This document shows positions 1 through 12,552 of a stretch of 64,000 nucleotides of DNA, one piece after another. The notes below the pieces were generated by a model that saw nothing but the letters and a program-made list of their open reading frames with translations, made no database searches and was not told where the DNA came from. The stretch's first letter is position 1, and the number at the start of each line of letters is the position of its first letter. This DNA comes from Octopus vulgaris (taxonomy: Eukaryota), in assembly GCA_951406725.2 (NCBI GenBank), contig OX597816.1, positions 30,132,001 through 30,196,000 of the forward strand, read 5' to 3'. Position numbers and translations under genes: made by a program.

Positions 1-539
1 GGGACAGAGTAGGCCCCGATAAAAGTACTAAAGAGCCGGGTGATGGCATTAAACCGGGTCTATCTCTGAATATTATGAACATTCCATCCGATTAGTTACA
101 TAGTTGCAGTTTATTTGCTCAACATGCCTTGAAGTACGATTTTATCCAAAGCCCTGCAGTTGAAATGTAATTTTCTTAACAGTATATGCTCCCGACTCCA
201 GTATTCTCCAGTAATGTCAAGTAAATGTGGGATAAATCAATATTTGGACAGAAAGATGGGCTATCCGCAAGGAGATTTTTCCACAGCAAGAATTGTATTC
301 AATACTGATAGCTAACGAATCACTCATCTAATCAACAATGCTACCACTGTTTACAGAAGTTAGAACATTTTTACTATTTACTACTAGGCTGACTGAGCCG
401 TTTGCTAGTTATGTAGTGTAGTTTCAGACAAAACCCAATGTCGATAGCAGCAAACGAACTACCGTTCCATGGGATCGTCGTCTGCTTCATTATCACCTTA
501 GACTTCTTTTCCATCTTATATCTATCATCATTTTTTCTT

Positions 540-665
540 GCTCATGGGCCCGGTTTCCCGATTTCAATGGTGTATGTGTTCCCCAGCTGGACGGGACGCC
601 AGTTTATCGCAGCGTTACTCATTTTTGCCAGCTGAGTGAACTGGAGCAACGTGAAGTGAAGTGTT
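540..665 (-). mobile_element. SINE fragment (Meta-like central domain plus tail shared with the 16512/28655 SINEs)
   Basis: Reverse complement contains ACGTTGCTCCAGTTCACTCAGCTGGCAAAAATGAG as at ~4516-4550, then GGCGTCCCGTCCAG...GGGAAACCGG as at ~16716-16767. Confidence 0.7.
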
Positions 666-668
666 GTT

Positions 669-1020
669 GAATGTGTTTATAAAACATCTTTTTCTCTTGG
701 ATTTATTGAGAAAATTCTATAGTTTGTAAGATATTTGTTGTTTTTTTTCTTCAATTTCTGCAATTTCAACCAATCAATTATGTCCATTGAGGTAAAGAAA
801 ACATTCTGTGCCGTATGAATATGTCCCTCGTTTAAGAAATAGATTGAGTTTATTTACATTTGTGAAGGAAAAAAGATACCCTTTCCCCCACCCCTAACCC
901 TAACTAACCCTAACCCTAAAAGAGATTGAAATGCAATAGATCGATTCTAGGGTCATAATTATGGGTGACAATTTCATATGACACCGCTAGAAAAAACTGC
1001 CGTTCAAACCGAAAAGATCC
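669..1020 (+). mobile_element. MITE with internal (CCCTAA)n, 5'-truncated copy
   Basis: Nearly identical to 29132-29551; ends in TIR AAAAACTGCCGTTCAAACCGAAAAGATCC. Confidence 0.85.
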
Positions 1021-1527
1021 GGATGTAACTTGATATTGGCTCACACTTTAGTTGACACTTTACTGATTCAACCATAATGTCACTCTCCAACATAGGTACA
1101 GTTGCATGTATAAAAATTCCCTTCGCAAACACGTAGTTTCATACACAATCCCACATCGTTGAACCTTGGAGAACTGTCTTCTACCACACTTGGGGAACAA
1201 CCAAAGACTTGTGAGTGAAATCCAGGCAGACGGAAACTGTGTGCAAGCCTGTCAGAAGAATTGTTCCTACTCTAAGATGGTAGACTTAATCTGTCAATTA
1301 AAACCACCACCTGGTTCATGGGTACCTTTAGCAAAGGCCGCAATATCACAAGCATTCGAGCCAGGTGACAAATTTTAGGATATTTATTGTCTATCCTTAC
1401 ATTCTCTAACTTCGTATGGGGCATGGATACTGCTTTTTAGCTTCTAAATTGTTAAGCTTCTCTTCTTGTAAGTTATTGAAAGTATGTGAAAAATTATAAG
1501 GATTTTTAACAAATATAGGTAGAAGCT

Positions 1528-1727
1528 AAGGTGGCGAACTAGCAGAATCGTTAGCATGCCGGGTAAAATGCATAGCAGTCCCGAGTTCAAATTCTGCTCA
1601 GATCTACTTCGTCTTTCATTCTTTCGAAGTCGATAGAATAAGTGCCAGTTGAACCCTGGGGTCGATGTAATCGACTTACCCTTCCCATTTAAATTACTGG
1701 CCTTGTGCCAAAATTTGAAGTCAATAT
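1528..1727 (+). mobile_element. SINE family B (tRNA-like head, Deu/Nin-like domain), diverged
   Basis: GGTGGCGAACTAGCAGAATCGTTAGC head, GAGTTCAAAT B box, CTTTCATTCTTTCGAAGTCGATA domain. Confidence 0.8.
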
Positions 1728-2364
1728 AGGCAAAAGGACTGGGCGTTTTATGAGAGATGAGGCTAATAATCGAATAATAAGAATAATAAGAACAACAACA
1801 ACAGCGGCAGCAGCGATAGTACCAAACAGCAATAACAACACACACAACAACTCAGCAATTCTGCGTTTTTGTTTTGTTTCAGTCTATAATTTTTCGACCT
1901 TAAAGAAATAAAATCCAATTTTACCATTACTTGCTAATTAAGGCATGTATGTTTAAAGTATAATTAGATTATAATTTACAAGGAATCAAATAAAATATCT
2001 GGGCTAGTAGGTAGATTATTCCTGAGTGGCTACATTACATATGGTACAGGAATGTAAGGGGCGAGGTGGGCGCACAGACGGTACGGTGTCTAGAAATACC
2101 AAATGATGTGTTGGAGGAGTTGCAGAGGGATTTATTTTCACTCTATGATGGTTGTAATAATTTCATGCTTCTGTCTAATGTCTCTGAGTATGAATTAGGT
2201 CTACATGTGTGTGTGTGAGCGTATACATGTATGTGTGTGAACGTGTGTGTGTTGTGCATGTGCGTGTGTGTCTGTAGGAAGTTGCTTCCGCTAGCGTAAC
2301 CCTCTTTACTGTCACTCTTTCTCTGTACTCTCATTCATATAAATGTGTACATGTGTGTGTGTGA

Positions 2365-2395
<31 letters not shown>

Positions 2396-2512
2396 CACAC
2401 ATATATTCATATGCATGCCTATATGCGGGTGCATGAATGTGTGTGCGCATTTGTATAGTATATAGGATGATGTACACCAAAAATTAGCTTTATATATATG
2501 TATGCACACACA

Positions 2513-2554
<42 letters not shown>

Positions 2555-2642
2555 AACACACACATAAACACACGCACGAATACATGCACCTGCGCGCGCG
2601 CGTATACATACACATTTATAGCTGGGTCCCTGGTAGGTGCTA

Positions 2643-2871
2643 CGGCGAGCTGGCTGAAACGTTAGCACGCCGGGCGAAATACGTAGCCGTATTTCGTCTG
2701 GCATTACGTTCTGAGTTCAAATTCCGCCGATGTCAACTTTACCTTTCATCCTTTCGGGGTCGATAAATTAAGTGCCAGTTACGCACTGGGGTCGATGTAA
2801 TCGACTTAATCCGTTTGTCTGTCCTTGTCTGTCCCCTCTGTGTTTAGCCCCTTGTGGGTAGTAAAGAAATA
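2643..2871 (+). mobile_element. SINE family B, full length
   Basis: CGGCGAGCTGGCTGAAACGTTAGCACGCCGGGCG...CCTTTCATCCTTTCGGGGTCGATAAATTAAG...GTAGTAAAGAAATAG; more than 10 related copies in the window. Confidence 0.9.
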
Positions 2872-3657
2872 GCTACTCCGGATCAGAGCAGACCAGAGAT
2901 CAATAGCGACTAAGGGGTGGTTTCCACTCTCCTCAAAACATTGAAGCTCCCGAACAAGAGCCTTACTCCCGGATGCAGTTTAAAGTGACATATGATGGCA
3001 AGCAAGGAAATATCTGTGTTCCCGCGCAAAAAACCCTTAATTGGTGACAGGGCTTACAGTAAAACTACCTGGAGCGAGGAATCCCGAATTGTTTTCACAG
3101 CATCCTTCTAGGATGTCAGGGGACACTCTGATCTAAAACCTGCAGTTTCACATGCTTACTGATTCTGTCACTTTGGTCTGTCATTACGTACTAATCCTGG
3201 AGACTCAGAAAGCGGTACTTATGCTGTACAAGAGTTTATCCCTATAATCTATTCACGTAGAGATGTCTCTTTATGGTGACCTTATTCCTCATTTCATCTA
3301 CAGAAAGTTCTATGGCATTAGAAGAGCGGTGACGTGTGCAGACCTAACCAGTTGGAAGTGTGTAGTAAGTTACAACTTTCGTCTGTTATCCATCCCCCAA
3401 CTATGCATACCTGCAAAAAGACTGAATAGTCATATGAGAGGTCATAATCGTCAAGGTATTATTTAAGAGGACAAAATCCTTGGAAATTTGACAGATGCAA
3501 AGTTAGAAAGTAAAGTTTTTGCCTGGCCAAAAACTACTGTGTCATTTGCGACTCAGCATTCCCCTAAACTAAATAAGGTGGACATCTTTTGTTGAAGTTG
3601 TTAACATTTTCAAGGTAGCTGAAATCTTCCATGAACAGGTAGGTAAAATGCTGAAAT

Positions 3658-3870
3658 ATTGGTTTCAAATGTCGGTAGAAGGTCAGCAGATTTGGTGGGG
3701 AGGTGCTAAGTCAATTTGCCACAACTGTCCAACTGGTACTCATTTTATGAAACCCGAGAACATAAAAAGTAAAAATTGATATCGGTAGGATTTGAACTTA
3801 GAACGTAAAGACGGACGAAATGCAAGGAAACATTTTTTTCGGTGTGCTAATGATTCTGCCAGCTCACCAT
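3658..3870 (-). mobile_element. SINE family B, diverged
   Basis: Reverse-complement match to the family B head and body. Confidence 0.7.
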
Positions 3871-4413
3871 TCTGAAAAAAACGAATGCTGAAATATTACT
3901 AAAGAATGTTTTTTTACATATCCACCTTAATTTCTTCCCTACCAGTCTTGGAGCAGTAAACACCGAGCATAGGGAGTATTCCCGCCAGCAAAATTCCTTT
4001 AGGGAAAGCATATATATAAAATAAAATTTCAGCCGAAATTTAATCGTTTATCATTGTTGGTATCTGCTGAAAGACGGCTATTCATCCCACAACCAATAAA
4101 AGATATTACAATAAGAGTTTCATTTCAGTATAGGAAGTGCCTTTCAATAACTATAATTTAATGTCTCTGCGCTTTAGGCGGATGATTGAGTGGTAATAGC
4201 GCCAATAAAACTTTTACTGTCTGTAAGAAAAAAAAAAAGGTTCCCGGGCAATACTGTGAATATCGTTTAAGTATAACTAACATTAAAAATGGTATTGAAA
4301 GTAAAAGAGTTTGCTTCGGCAAAAGATAGACGGAAAGAAAAGGAAAAGCAGGGTCATTAGTTTCATGAAACCTGAACATGATATTGAAACATGTTTATCA
4401 GAATTAAAGAGTG

Positions 4414-4731
4414 AGGGCGCGTGGCTTAGTGGTTAGGGCATTCGGCTCATGATCGTAAGGTTGTGAGTTCGATTCCCGGCGACGCGTTGTGTCCTTGAGC
4501 AAGACACTTTATTTCACGTTGCTCCAGTCCACTCAGCTGGCAAAAATGAGTTGTACTTGTACTTCAAAGGGTCAGCCTTGTCACTCTCTGTGTCACGCTG
4601 ATTATCCCCGAGAACTACGTTAAGGGTACACGTGTCTGTGGAATGCTCAGCCATTTGCACGTTAATTTCACGAGCAAGCTGTTCCGTTGATCGTATCAGC
4701 TGGGACCCTCGTCGTCGTAACCGGCGGAGTC
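4414..4731 (+). mobile_element. tRNA-derived SINE with Meta-like domain and family C tail
   Basis: A box TGGCTTAGTGG, B box GAGTTCGATTCC, TTGTGTCCTTGAGCAAGACACTTTA domain; flanked by direct repeat TTTATCAGAATTAAA (TSD). Confidence 0.9.
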
Positions 4732-4876
4732 TTTTATCAGAATTAAATTCAATATCAATGATTTAATAGGAAACCGTTTGTTAAGAGACAAAATGTTGCA
4801 ATTTGTTGCCCAATGTTATTCAGTCTAGTATTTAGGTTATCGATCTAAGATCGTTCGACTGCTAAGTTTAAAGTAA

Positions 4877-5032
4877 ATGGCTGTGTGGTAAGTAGCTTGC
4901 TTACCAACCACACGGTTCCGGGTTCAGTCCCACTGCGTGGCACCTTGAGCAAGTGTCTTCTACTATAGCCTCGGGCCGACCAAAGCCTTATGAGTGGATT
5001 TGGTAGGCGAAAACGGAAAGAAGCCCGTCGTA

Positions 5033-5083
<51 letters not shown>

Positions 5084-5311
5084 GCGCGTGTGTGTGTGTG
5101 TATATATATATGTTTGTGTGTCTGTGTTTGTCCCTCCAACATCGCTTGACAACCGATGCTGATGTGTTTACGTCCCTGTAACTTAGCGGTTATGCAAAAG
5201 AGATCGATAGAATAAGTACTAGGCTTACAAAGAATAAGTCCTGGGGTTAATTTGCTCGATTAAAGGCGGTGCTCCAGCAATACCACAGTCAAATGCCTGA
5301 AACAAGTAAAA
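4877..5311 (+). mobile_element. SINE family A (tRNA-like head, internal TA/TG microsatellite)
   Basis: TGGCTGTGTGGTAAGTAGCTTGC...GGTTCAGTCCC head; tail GTGCTCCAGC...GAAACAAGTAAAA; about 20 copies or fragments in the window. Confidence 0.9.
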
Positions 5312-5382
5312 AAGAAAAAAGGGGCGGTTATTAACACAAACTATACCGGTTTCAAGGCCGTAAGCATACTTTTTTAAAACTA

Positions 5383-5525
5383 TTTTACTTGTTTCAGTCA
5401 TTTGACGGCGGCCGTGCTGGAGCACCGCCTTTAGTCGAATAAATCAACCCAGAGCTTATTCTTTCTAAGCCTAGTACTTATTCTATCAATCTCTTTTACT
5501 GAACCACTAAGTTACGGGAACGTAA
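5383..5525 (-). mobile_element. SINE family A, 3' fragment
   Basis: Reverse complement of the family A tail, facing the preceding copy. Confidence 0.85.
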
Positions 5526-5740
5526 CTTATCACCACTCCTGTATGTTCTCTTCCCTTGGCTGATTGGTGTGCTCATTTAGTGTACAAGGGAGTTTGACAC
5601 TGCTGCCCTTATATGTACCTCATGCCTGTCTTTTGGTTCATCTGGTGTTGTGGAGTCCAGTTCCTTGTGCAGGTTTCTCAATTTTTTTGGTGGAGTCTTG
5701 AAGAGAGGTGAGCCTATCAACTCTAAGCAATTGCAGTTGT
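5526..5740 (-). mobile_element. CR1-group LINE ORF2 C-terminal remnant
   Basis: Translates to GSPLFKTPPKKLRNL...LDSTTPDEP...RAAVSNSLVH, resembling the GP.LFN.LP / PDEP / SNSL end of CR1-group ORF2; compare 51207-51846. Confidence 0.6.
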
Positions 5741-5842
5741 ATATATATATATATATATATATATGTATCAACATCATCATCTCTCTTACACATTAGATCT
5801 GATGCCCCTTATTCGCATATATATATATATATATATATATAC

Positions 5843-6250
5843 AGACGCAGGCGTCGTTATGTAGTAAGAAGATTATTTCCAACCACATGGTTCCTGGTTC
5901 AGTCCCACTGCGTGGCACCTTGGGTAAGTATCTTCTGCTTTAGCCTCAGGCTGACCAAAAGTTGTGAGTGGATTTGGTAGACGGAAACTGAAAGAAGCAC
6001 GTCGTATGTGTGTGTGTGTGTTTGTGTGTCTGTTTTGTCCCCCACCATTACTTGACAACCGATGTTGGTGTGTTTCCGTCCTCGAGATCGGCAGCTGTCC
6101 ACATCCATAAGCATAACATGACCATCTCAGTGCAGTCGTCTCCCTTGCACACTAGTGTTAGGCTGACAAAGAATATGATCTGGGTAGATTTTTTCGACTA
6201 AAGGCTGTGCTCCAGCATAGCCGCAGTGAAATGACTGGAAGACAAAAGAA
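5843..6250 (+). mobile_element. SINE family A, diverged with an internal replacement
   Basis: Family A head and tail present; 6085-6160 does not match the other copies. Confidence 0.8.
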
Positions 6251-6285
6251 AAAATATATATACATGCATACATACACACACACAC

Positions 6286-6325
<40 letters not shown>

Positions 6326-6379
6326 CATAGATGCTTACATATATACACACACACACATACACACACACATATATATATA

Positions 6380-7225
6380 CTACCAGAGATACCCGGCGTT
6401 GCTCGGGATTAAAATGGCATAGTTTGTATATAATATATCACAATCATGTTGAAACGTGATATGGGAATGTGCAGCATTGACAACAAAACATTTGTGGAGT
6501 AAATGATGCGCTAAATCGATTAAGCAACATGTTATGCGTCCGTTTGGAGTATTTCAGGCCCTAACCTGTCATTGAAAATTGGTGGTGGTGGTGGTGGGGG
6601 GGTATGTAATATTTGAACGCACCCAAAAGCTGTCAGTGAATATACTCTCCTTTGCAGAAGTCGGCGCTGTGTCTAACACGACAAATCATCTGAAATTTTG
6701 ACACCTCCTTCGGGCTTGTTGTCCTACATCACTCATAAAGTAAATCTGGATTAACTGTGGTTGTTCATTTGTGGGTAACATAGAACCAATGAGGTGATAG
6801 ACTTGGCTTTGAATTTTAAGAGACGTAATACAGGAGTAGTGTAAACGATAAGAGAATGCTCTAGGCTCGCATTAGGCAAGACTTTGGAAATTTTGGGGGG
6901 CCCATGACACTGCATGGACCTTGGCTTTTGTATTTGACGACTGTTGTTTTAAGTTTTTTATTTCAATTTTCACTGACGTAGTGGTAAGAACAACCATGCA
7001 CGTAACAGTAGTTTCGAATAAAAATAAAAATGGAAGTTTTAATCATAAGATGGAAAGGCAAACTTTACAAAAATAGCGATTCTCACTTTGAAACTGACAA
7101 ATTTGAAAATATTTTTATGTTACGGAATGCCCGGCTCTCTCGTGTGTCCATGTTTAAAATTTCAGCGCGATCGGATGAACAATACTCAAGTTATAAGCGC
7201 AAAACGGGATTTATATATTAGAAGA
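6380..7225 (-). mobile_element. Non-autonomous Helitron
   Basis: Minus strand starts A|TCTTCTAATATATAAA and ends with hairpin CCCGAGCAACGCCGGG then GTAG|T (variant of CTAG); same hairpin as 47111-47494. Confidence 0.75.
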
Positions 7226-7251
7226 TGTATGCATGAGCCAATGAGGGGGAC

Positions 7252-7303
7252 CTCTACATGGTAGCTCTACATGGTAGCTCTACATGGTAGCTCTACATGG
7301 TAG
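7252..7303. repeat. 13-bp tandem repeat (CTCTACATGGTAG) x4
   Basis: Directly visible. Confidence 0.9.
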
Positions 7304-7463
7304 TTAGACCTGTCAGAAATAGCAGCCAAATCTCCCTTAAAACACTCTACTTTCTTATGTATATATATATGTATGCATTAGTAGTTCTTTGGCTTTTTGC
7401 ATTTGCCGACTGTTGCTCTAAGTTAGATAATCGTATTGAGCCCTCACGTATAGAGAGAGGGAC

Positions 7464-7512
<49 letters not shown>

Positions 7513-7659
7513 GACAGAGACAGAGAGAGGAAAGAAGAGAGACAGTATAGCGATGGTTTTGGCTGAGTGTCATCCTGTACACCCCTTGTTACCAGCGAAA
7601 TGGTATGTACCGGCTGTCTGAGCAACTCGTTGCTTTTAATGAACAGCATGGTGGAAGAA

Positions 7660-7838
7660 ATGGGACGAAAAGATTACAAAAATAGCGATTCTCACTTTGA
7701 AACTGAAAATGTTGAAGATCTTTTTAGATTGCTGAAAGCCCCATCTCTCATGTATCCATGTTTAAAATTTCAGCGCGATTGGATGAACAATACTCGAGTT
7801 ATAAGCGCACAAACATACAGACAGAACAGAATTTATAT

Positions 7839-7845
<7 letters not shown>
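7660..7845 (-). mobile_element. Helitron 5'-end fragment related to 7050-7225
   Basis: Shares TTACAAAAATAGCGATTCTCACTTTGAAACTG...TTTCAGCGCGAT...GTTATAAGCGC with 7065-7200. Confidence 0.65.
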
Positions 7846-7928
<83 letters not shown>

Positions 7929-8128
7929 GGATAGATAGATAGATAGATATATAGATGTATATATATGTGTGTGTGTGTATGTATATATATATATGTATAT
8001 ACGCACACACGCATACATAGACATACATATATATATATTTATATACACACACAAACACTCACACACGCATATATACACAAACAAATAAGAATGTATATAT
8101 GTGTGCGTTTATGTTATGTACGTGCCAT

Positions 8129-8203
<75 letters not shown>

Positions 8204-8589
8204 GTATGTGCTTGTGTATATATATATATATATATATATAAGTACAAATGCAACCATTTGTTTTATACACGTATACAGACATATGTTTTTACCCCTACAC
8301 ATGCATCCAATAACTACACGTACATGTTTTATCCAATTACTCTAACTAGATATATAAAATGTGAAGTAGCTGGCAACTACTCACAATAACATAAGCCTGC
8401 TTATCTTATCAAATCACTCATATATATGATCTAATCATAAATTTTGTTCGTTAGCCATTTAAATATTCTCACGCATCTTTGACACTAAATTTCCAGAGCT
8501 ATTACTGCCTGGTGCTTCCCACCTTCTGGCAGAGACTGTGTTAAGTGTTTTATGCTGGTTATACATACGTACATACATACATACCTGCA

Positions 8590-8621
<32 letters not shown>

Positions 8622-8732
8622 CATACATACATACATCATACATACATGCATACAGACAGACAGACATACTTGCATACATAGATGCATACATACATTTCTC
8701 TCTCCCTCTCTTCCTCTTTCTCTCTCTATATA

Positions 8733-8812
<80 letters not shown>

Positions 8813-8859
8813 CACATATATACACACACATCGACACACACATACACACACATATATAC

Positions 8860-11537
8860 TAAAAGCTATAAAATTTCTAATAGGAGTTTGTTAAGAACTA
8901 CTAACTTAATTTTTAAACAAATAAAAAATTACAAACTGGGTGATAAAACTGAACCTTTTGTTCCTAAAAGAACTAGAATTATTTTAAAGGATCACAAGGA
9001 GAATTTTTATTGTAACTCTAAAGTAAGACTGATTTGCCCTGATAAATCTGATTTGAGCAGACTTAGTAAAGCTATTTTAGATAAGTATCTTCCTGTTCTT
9101 AAAGATAGAATTAGATTACAACTCTGGTCTAATACCTATGAGGTAATGGATCGGTTTAAGAGAATTAAATTTAAAAATGGAAATAAATTCATGCAAGTAG
9201 ATATTCATAGCTATTACTCCTTATTTTACTAAATTATCTTAAATAAACCCCTCATATTCGCGAAAAATAACTTGAATATCAGCGTAAGTGAAATAAAAGT
9301 TATTTTAGCTGTTAGAAGAATAAATATAAAGTTTGTGAACAAGTATTGGACTATGATTAATAGTTTGAATGAATCTGATATAGCAATGGGATCAGCAGAT
9401 TTCGCTCAAGTTATGGATTTAGTTGAGATTTATATATTTTTTTAACCTAGGAAGGGATTTTCCTATATTTGAAGGAGGTCTTTATAGGGATGATGCCCTT
9501 TTTACCATTAGAAACATGTCTAATAGGAAGATGGAACTATATAAGAAACAGTTTCACAGTCTTTTTAAGAATTTTGGACTCTGTAACGATTGAAAGCGAG
9601 TATGAATCGATGAACTTCGTCGATATTAATCGAAATCTTGTTACCGGTTAATATCAACTATACCACAAACCGAACTCTAATCTTAGGAATATCAATTTTG
9701 AAAGCAACCACCCAAGTTTTGTGAAAATATTTTTCATCTAATAAAGAAATTTTCGATAAAAATATTGACTCACTTAATAATGTCGCACTTAATAAAGCTG
9801 GATATAAACAGAAATTAGTATATTGTTCTAATAATGTAAATATTAGCACCTCCAACACCTCCAACAACATAAATATTTCCCATGCCAACATGGATTTAAA
9901 ACTAATAATTAGAAATAAATTTAAGAATAAATCGAAAAATATTTAAGATACGAATATTGGAAATCAAAGACAAAATATGAGAAACTATGTACTACTTCGT
10001 TCTTTTAATATTTTTTGTACTCTCGGGAGTAGGAATAAAAAGATTAAAAAGCAAAAACCTTATGTATCTAATAATGGTCGAAAAAGTAGAGTTTATAATT
10101 CATCTAATAAAAACGAAACTATTAGATTTATTGTTCCATTCGCTAAACAAATTAAAGGTCATTTGGTCGGTACTTTATACAAACTCTTTTCCAAACATTT
10201 CACAAAAGAAAATAGAAATTATGATATTATTTACCCTAGGATTTTTAGAATTGGTGATTCCGTATCTAACAATTTATACCAGATTACATCCTCGATTAAT
10301 AAAAGAAAATTATATTATTTTTATGATAATTATAATAGTAGTAAACGCCGTAGCATTAATATCAATCGAATAAACGTTAGTGATGAAATTATACTTGGGA
10401 CATCTAATGTACAAAAGGAAGCTACTCTAGTAATATCCAGTCCCAACCTTTTGAACGTAAATAAAACTACGAACAGTAAATATCTAATAGATAATAAATA
10501 TCTAATAAGTAATAAAAAATACTTTTTGTGATTGCAGGGTTAAAAGTTAATGTTTATTTAAGAATTATTGTAAACGAAAGAATGTTGCTTACAGATGTAA
10601 AGTTATTTCCGAGGGTAGAAGTTACATTTATATAGGTGCCACGCAGAATTTTATTGAAAAGCATATTTCTAACCTTATTCACACCTTTGGTAATAGAAAA
10701 GACCTGTTTCTTCCACTAGCCTTTGTAAATTTATTGGGCATTTAATGGACAAGAAAAAAGTTTTGTGTGGAGGTGTAAATTATAAGCAAGGCTACAGTTT
10801 ATAAGCCTGGAAGCTCTTTCCGTTTTCTTTGTTTAGAAGAGCTGTATTTGATATTATTTTCTACAAGTGAGAAATGAATTTTTCTTGAGTGCATGCATCA
10901 AAATGGATATTTAGGAACTATCATTAGATTTATAGTAATTATTAATGATTGTTATGCATTTAAATTGATCAATATTTCTGCTATAATGCAGTTTTTCGGG
11001 TTTAATATACTAAATAAGTATAAATCCTAGCTAAATATTATAAATATAAGTTATATCTAATATTAGTGAGGATGTATATAGATTTTACTGTAAATTTGAT
11101 TAATCATACTTCTCTGAAATATTTAGTTAAAATACCTATAGTAAACTATTAAATTAAACTTAGGATATAACATATTATCTTAATGTAGTGACAGCTTTGG
11201 TTTGCTTGGTTATCATATAGATTTTTTATCTCTAGTATCTGGCAATATATAGGTTCTGATTACGTTTATGCAATAAGTATTGACCGAATATTTACGCAAA
11301 TATTGATGACGTAACAATTTTAGATAGTATTAAATGGAATTAGATATAATACATTTTATTTATCTTCAGTGTTGTTGACAAACATATGCCCAACTACTTG
11401 ATATATTTAGCTATAATATTCTCCCCCATTCACTCGTTTTTATCTATCATTCGCTCTATATATATCTATATCTTAATTACGATAACACCATCAGCGAACT
11501 ATTGTGTATCATTTGTGCTAGCGCAAATGTTGAATGT

Positions 11538-11545
<8 letters not shown>
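8860..11545 (+). mobile_element. Penelope-like retroelement (Naiad-type), decayed RT + GIY-YIG endonuclease + 3' region
   Basis: RT motifs ILKDHKENF...VRLICPDKSDL...QLWSNT...MQVDIHSYYS, DIAMGSADFAQVMDLV, GGLYRDDA (~9475-9497), YHKPNSN...SNHP; then CDC..C...C linker, NVAYRCKV...YIYIGAT (~10581-10642) and LCLEEL...ECMHQN; several stops and frameshifts. Confidence 0.85.
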
Positions 11546-11577
<32 letters not shown>

Positions 11578-11689
11578 TAGTAACGGTTTTCTAAGGAACA
11601 CTTGCGTTCAAGAAAAAAATAACACACACACACATCTGAGTTTGTCGTAGGTTAGCCTACACGTAGAAATGTGACTTCCTTTTGAAATC

Positions 11690-12250
11690 CTCCCTGAGGA
11701 AATACTCAATTCATGGTACGATGATGTCTTTCCACCATCCCATTTCCACTTGGCCGGTATGCCACCCTGAAGAAGCAGATGACCTGCCACCCATCAAGTA
11801 TTTGTTTCAGCACCTCCGAGCGGAATGCAGTGCCATTATCCAGAAGCAGCTCATCCACGGGGCCCCGTTCCAGGAATATTTCATTTAGTACTCTCACGAT
11901 TTCATCTACTGTTCCTGTCTTCATCTCTCTCCATATGTCCAACCGCCCGGTCCGCAGTCAACCTTTGAGAGGTATTACCCTGCCAGTAGTGTGTTATGTC
12001 CACTGCCAGTCGTTTCCAGTTGTGGTCCACTGGAATACTTCCCGCCTCATGTATGCCCAGAACAGGGTCGATGGGCTGGCACCTGTCACAGCTGCTAACC
12101 ACTCTCTGCACGCTCCGTCTTGTTACATCGGAGTCGACTTTCCTGGCTATGAACAACGTCCTGACCACCCCCATGATAGCTCATCTGCAATCCTCTCCAT
12201 CAACACCACATAGTTCATCACAGTCCATAACACCACAAACACTATACCAA
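11690..12250 (-). mobile_element. Ty3/Gypsy LTR-retrotransposon integrase fragment
   Basis: GVVRTL...CDRCQ zinc-binding region, WKRLAVDITH, GPVDELLLDNGTAFRS, RPSGNGMVERHHRT (DDE core); frameshifted. Confidence 0.85.
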
Positions 12251-12366
12251 TGAAAGAAAGTATTCATATTAAATGAAAACAAATATATATAGCCATATTA
12301 TTCAGTCATAATAAACACACATTGATATCTAAATATACATTCATAAATATAAAAGAAAAAAGCAAG

Positions 12367-12552
12367 TCGGCGAGCTGGTAGAATCGTTAGCACGACGGGC
12401 AAAATACTTCTCGGCTTTTCGTAAAATTTTACGTTCTGAGTTCAAATTCCGCTGTAGCCAACTATGCCCTTCATCCTTTCGTGTATTGGGATCGATGTAA
12501 TACTTTTACAATTCCCCCGAAATTACTGGCCTTGTGCCAAAATTTGAAACCA
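12367..12552 (+). mobile_element. SINE family B, diverged
   Basis: GGCGAGCTGGTAGAATCGTTAGCACG head; tail GGCCTTGTGCCAAAATTTGAA as at 1528-1727. Confidence 0.8.

Noticed and set aside
890-920. Telomere or chromosome-fusion relic
   Set aside because: The CCCTAA units are internal to a TIR-bounded MITE present three times.
4025-4095. Hammerhead-like motif on the minus strand
   Set aside because: Core reads GGGATGA, and stems I and III are absent.
10525-10645. Selenocysteine recoding as reported for some Naiad elements
   Set aside because: Cys positions in the linker use TGT/TGC and the in-frame stop there is TAA; no SECIS was recognised.
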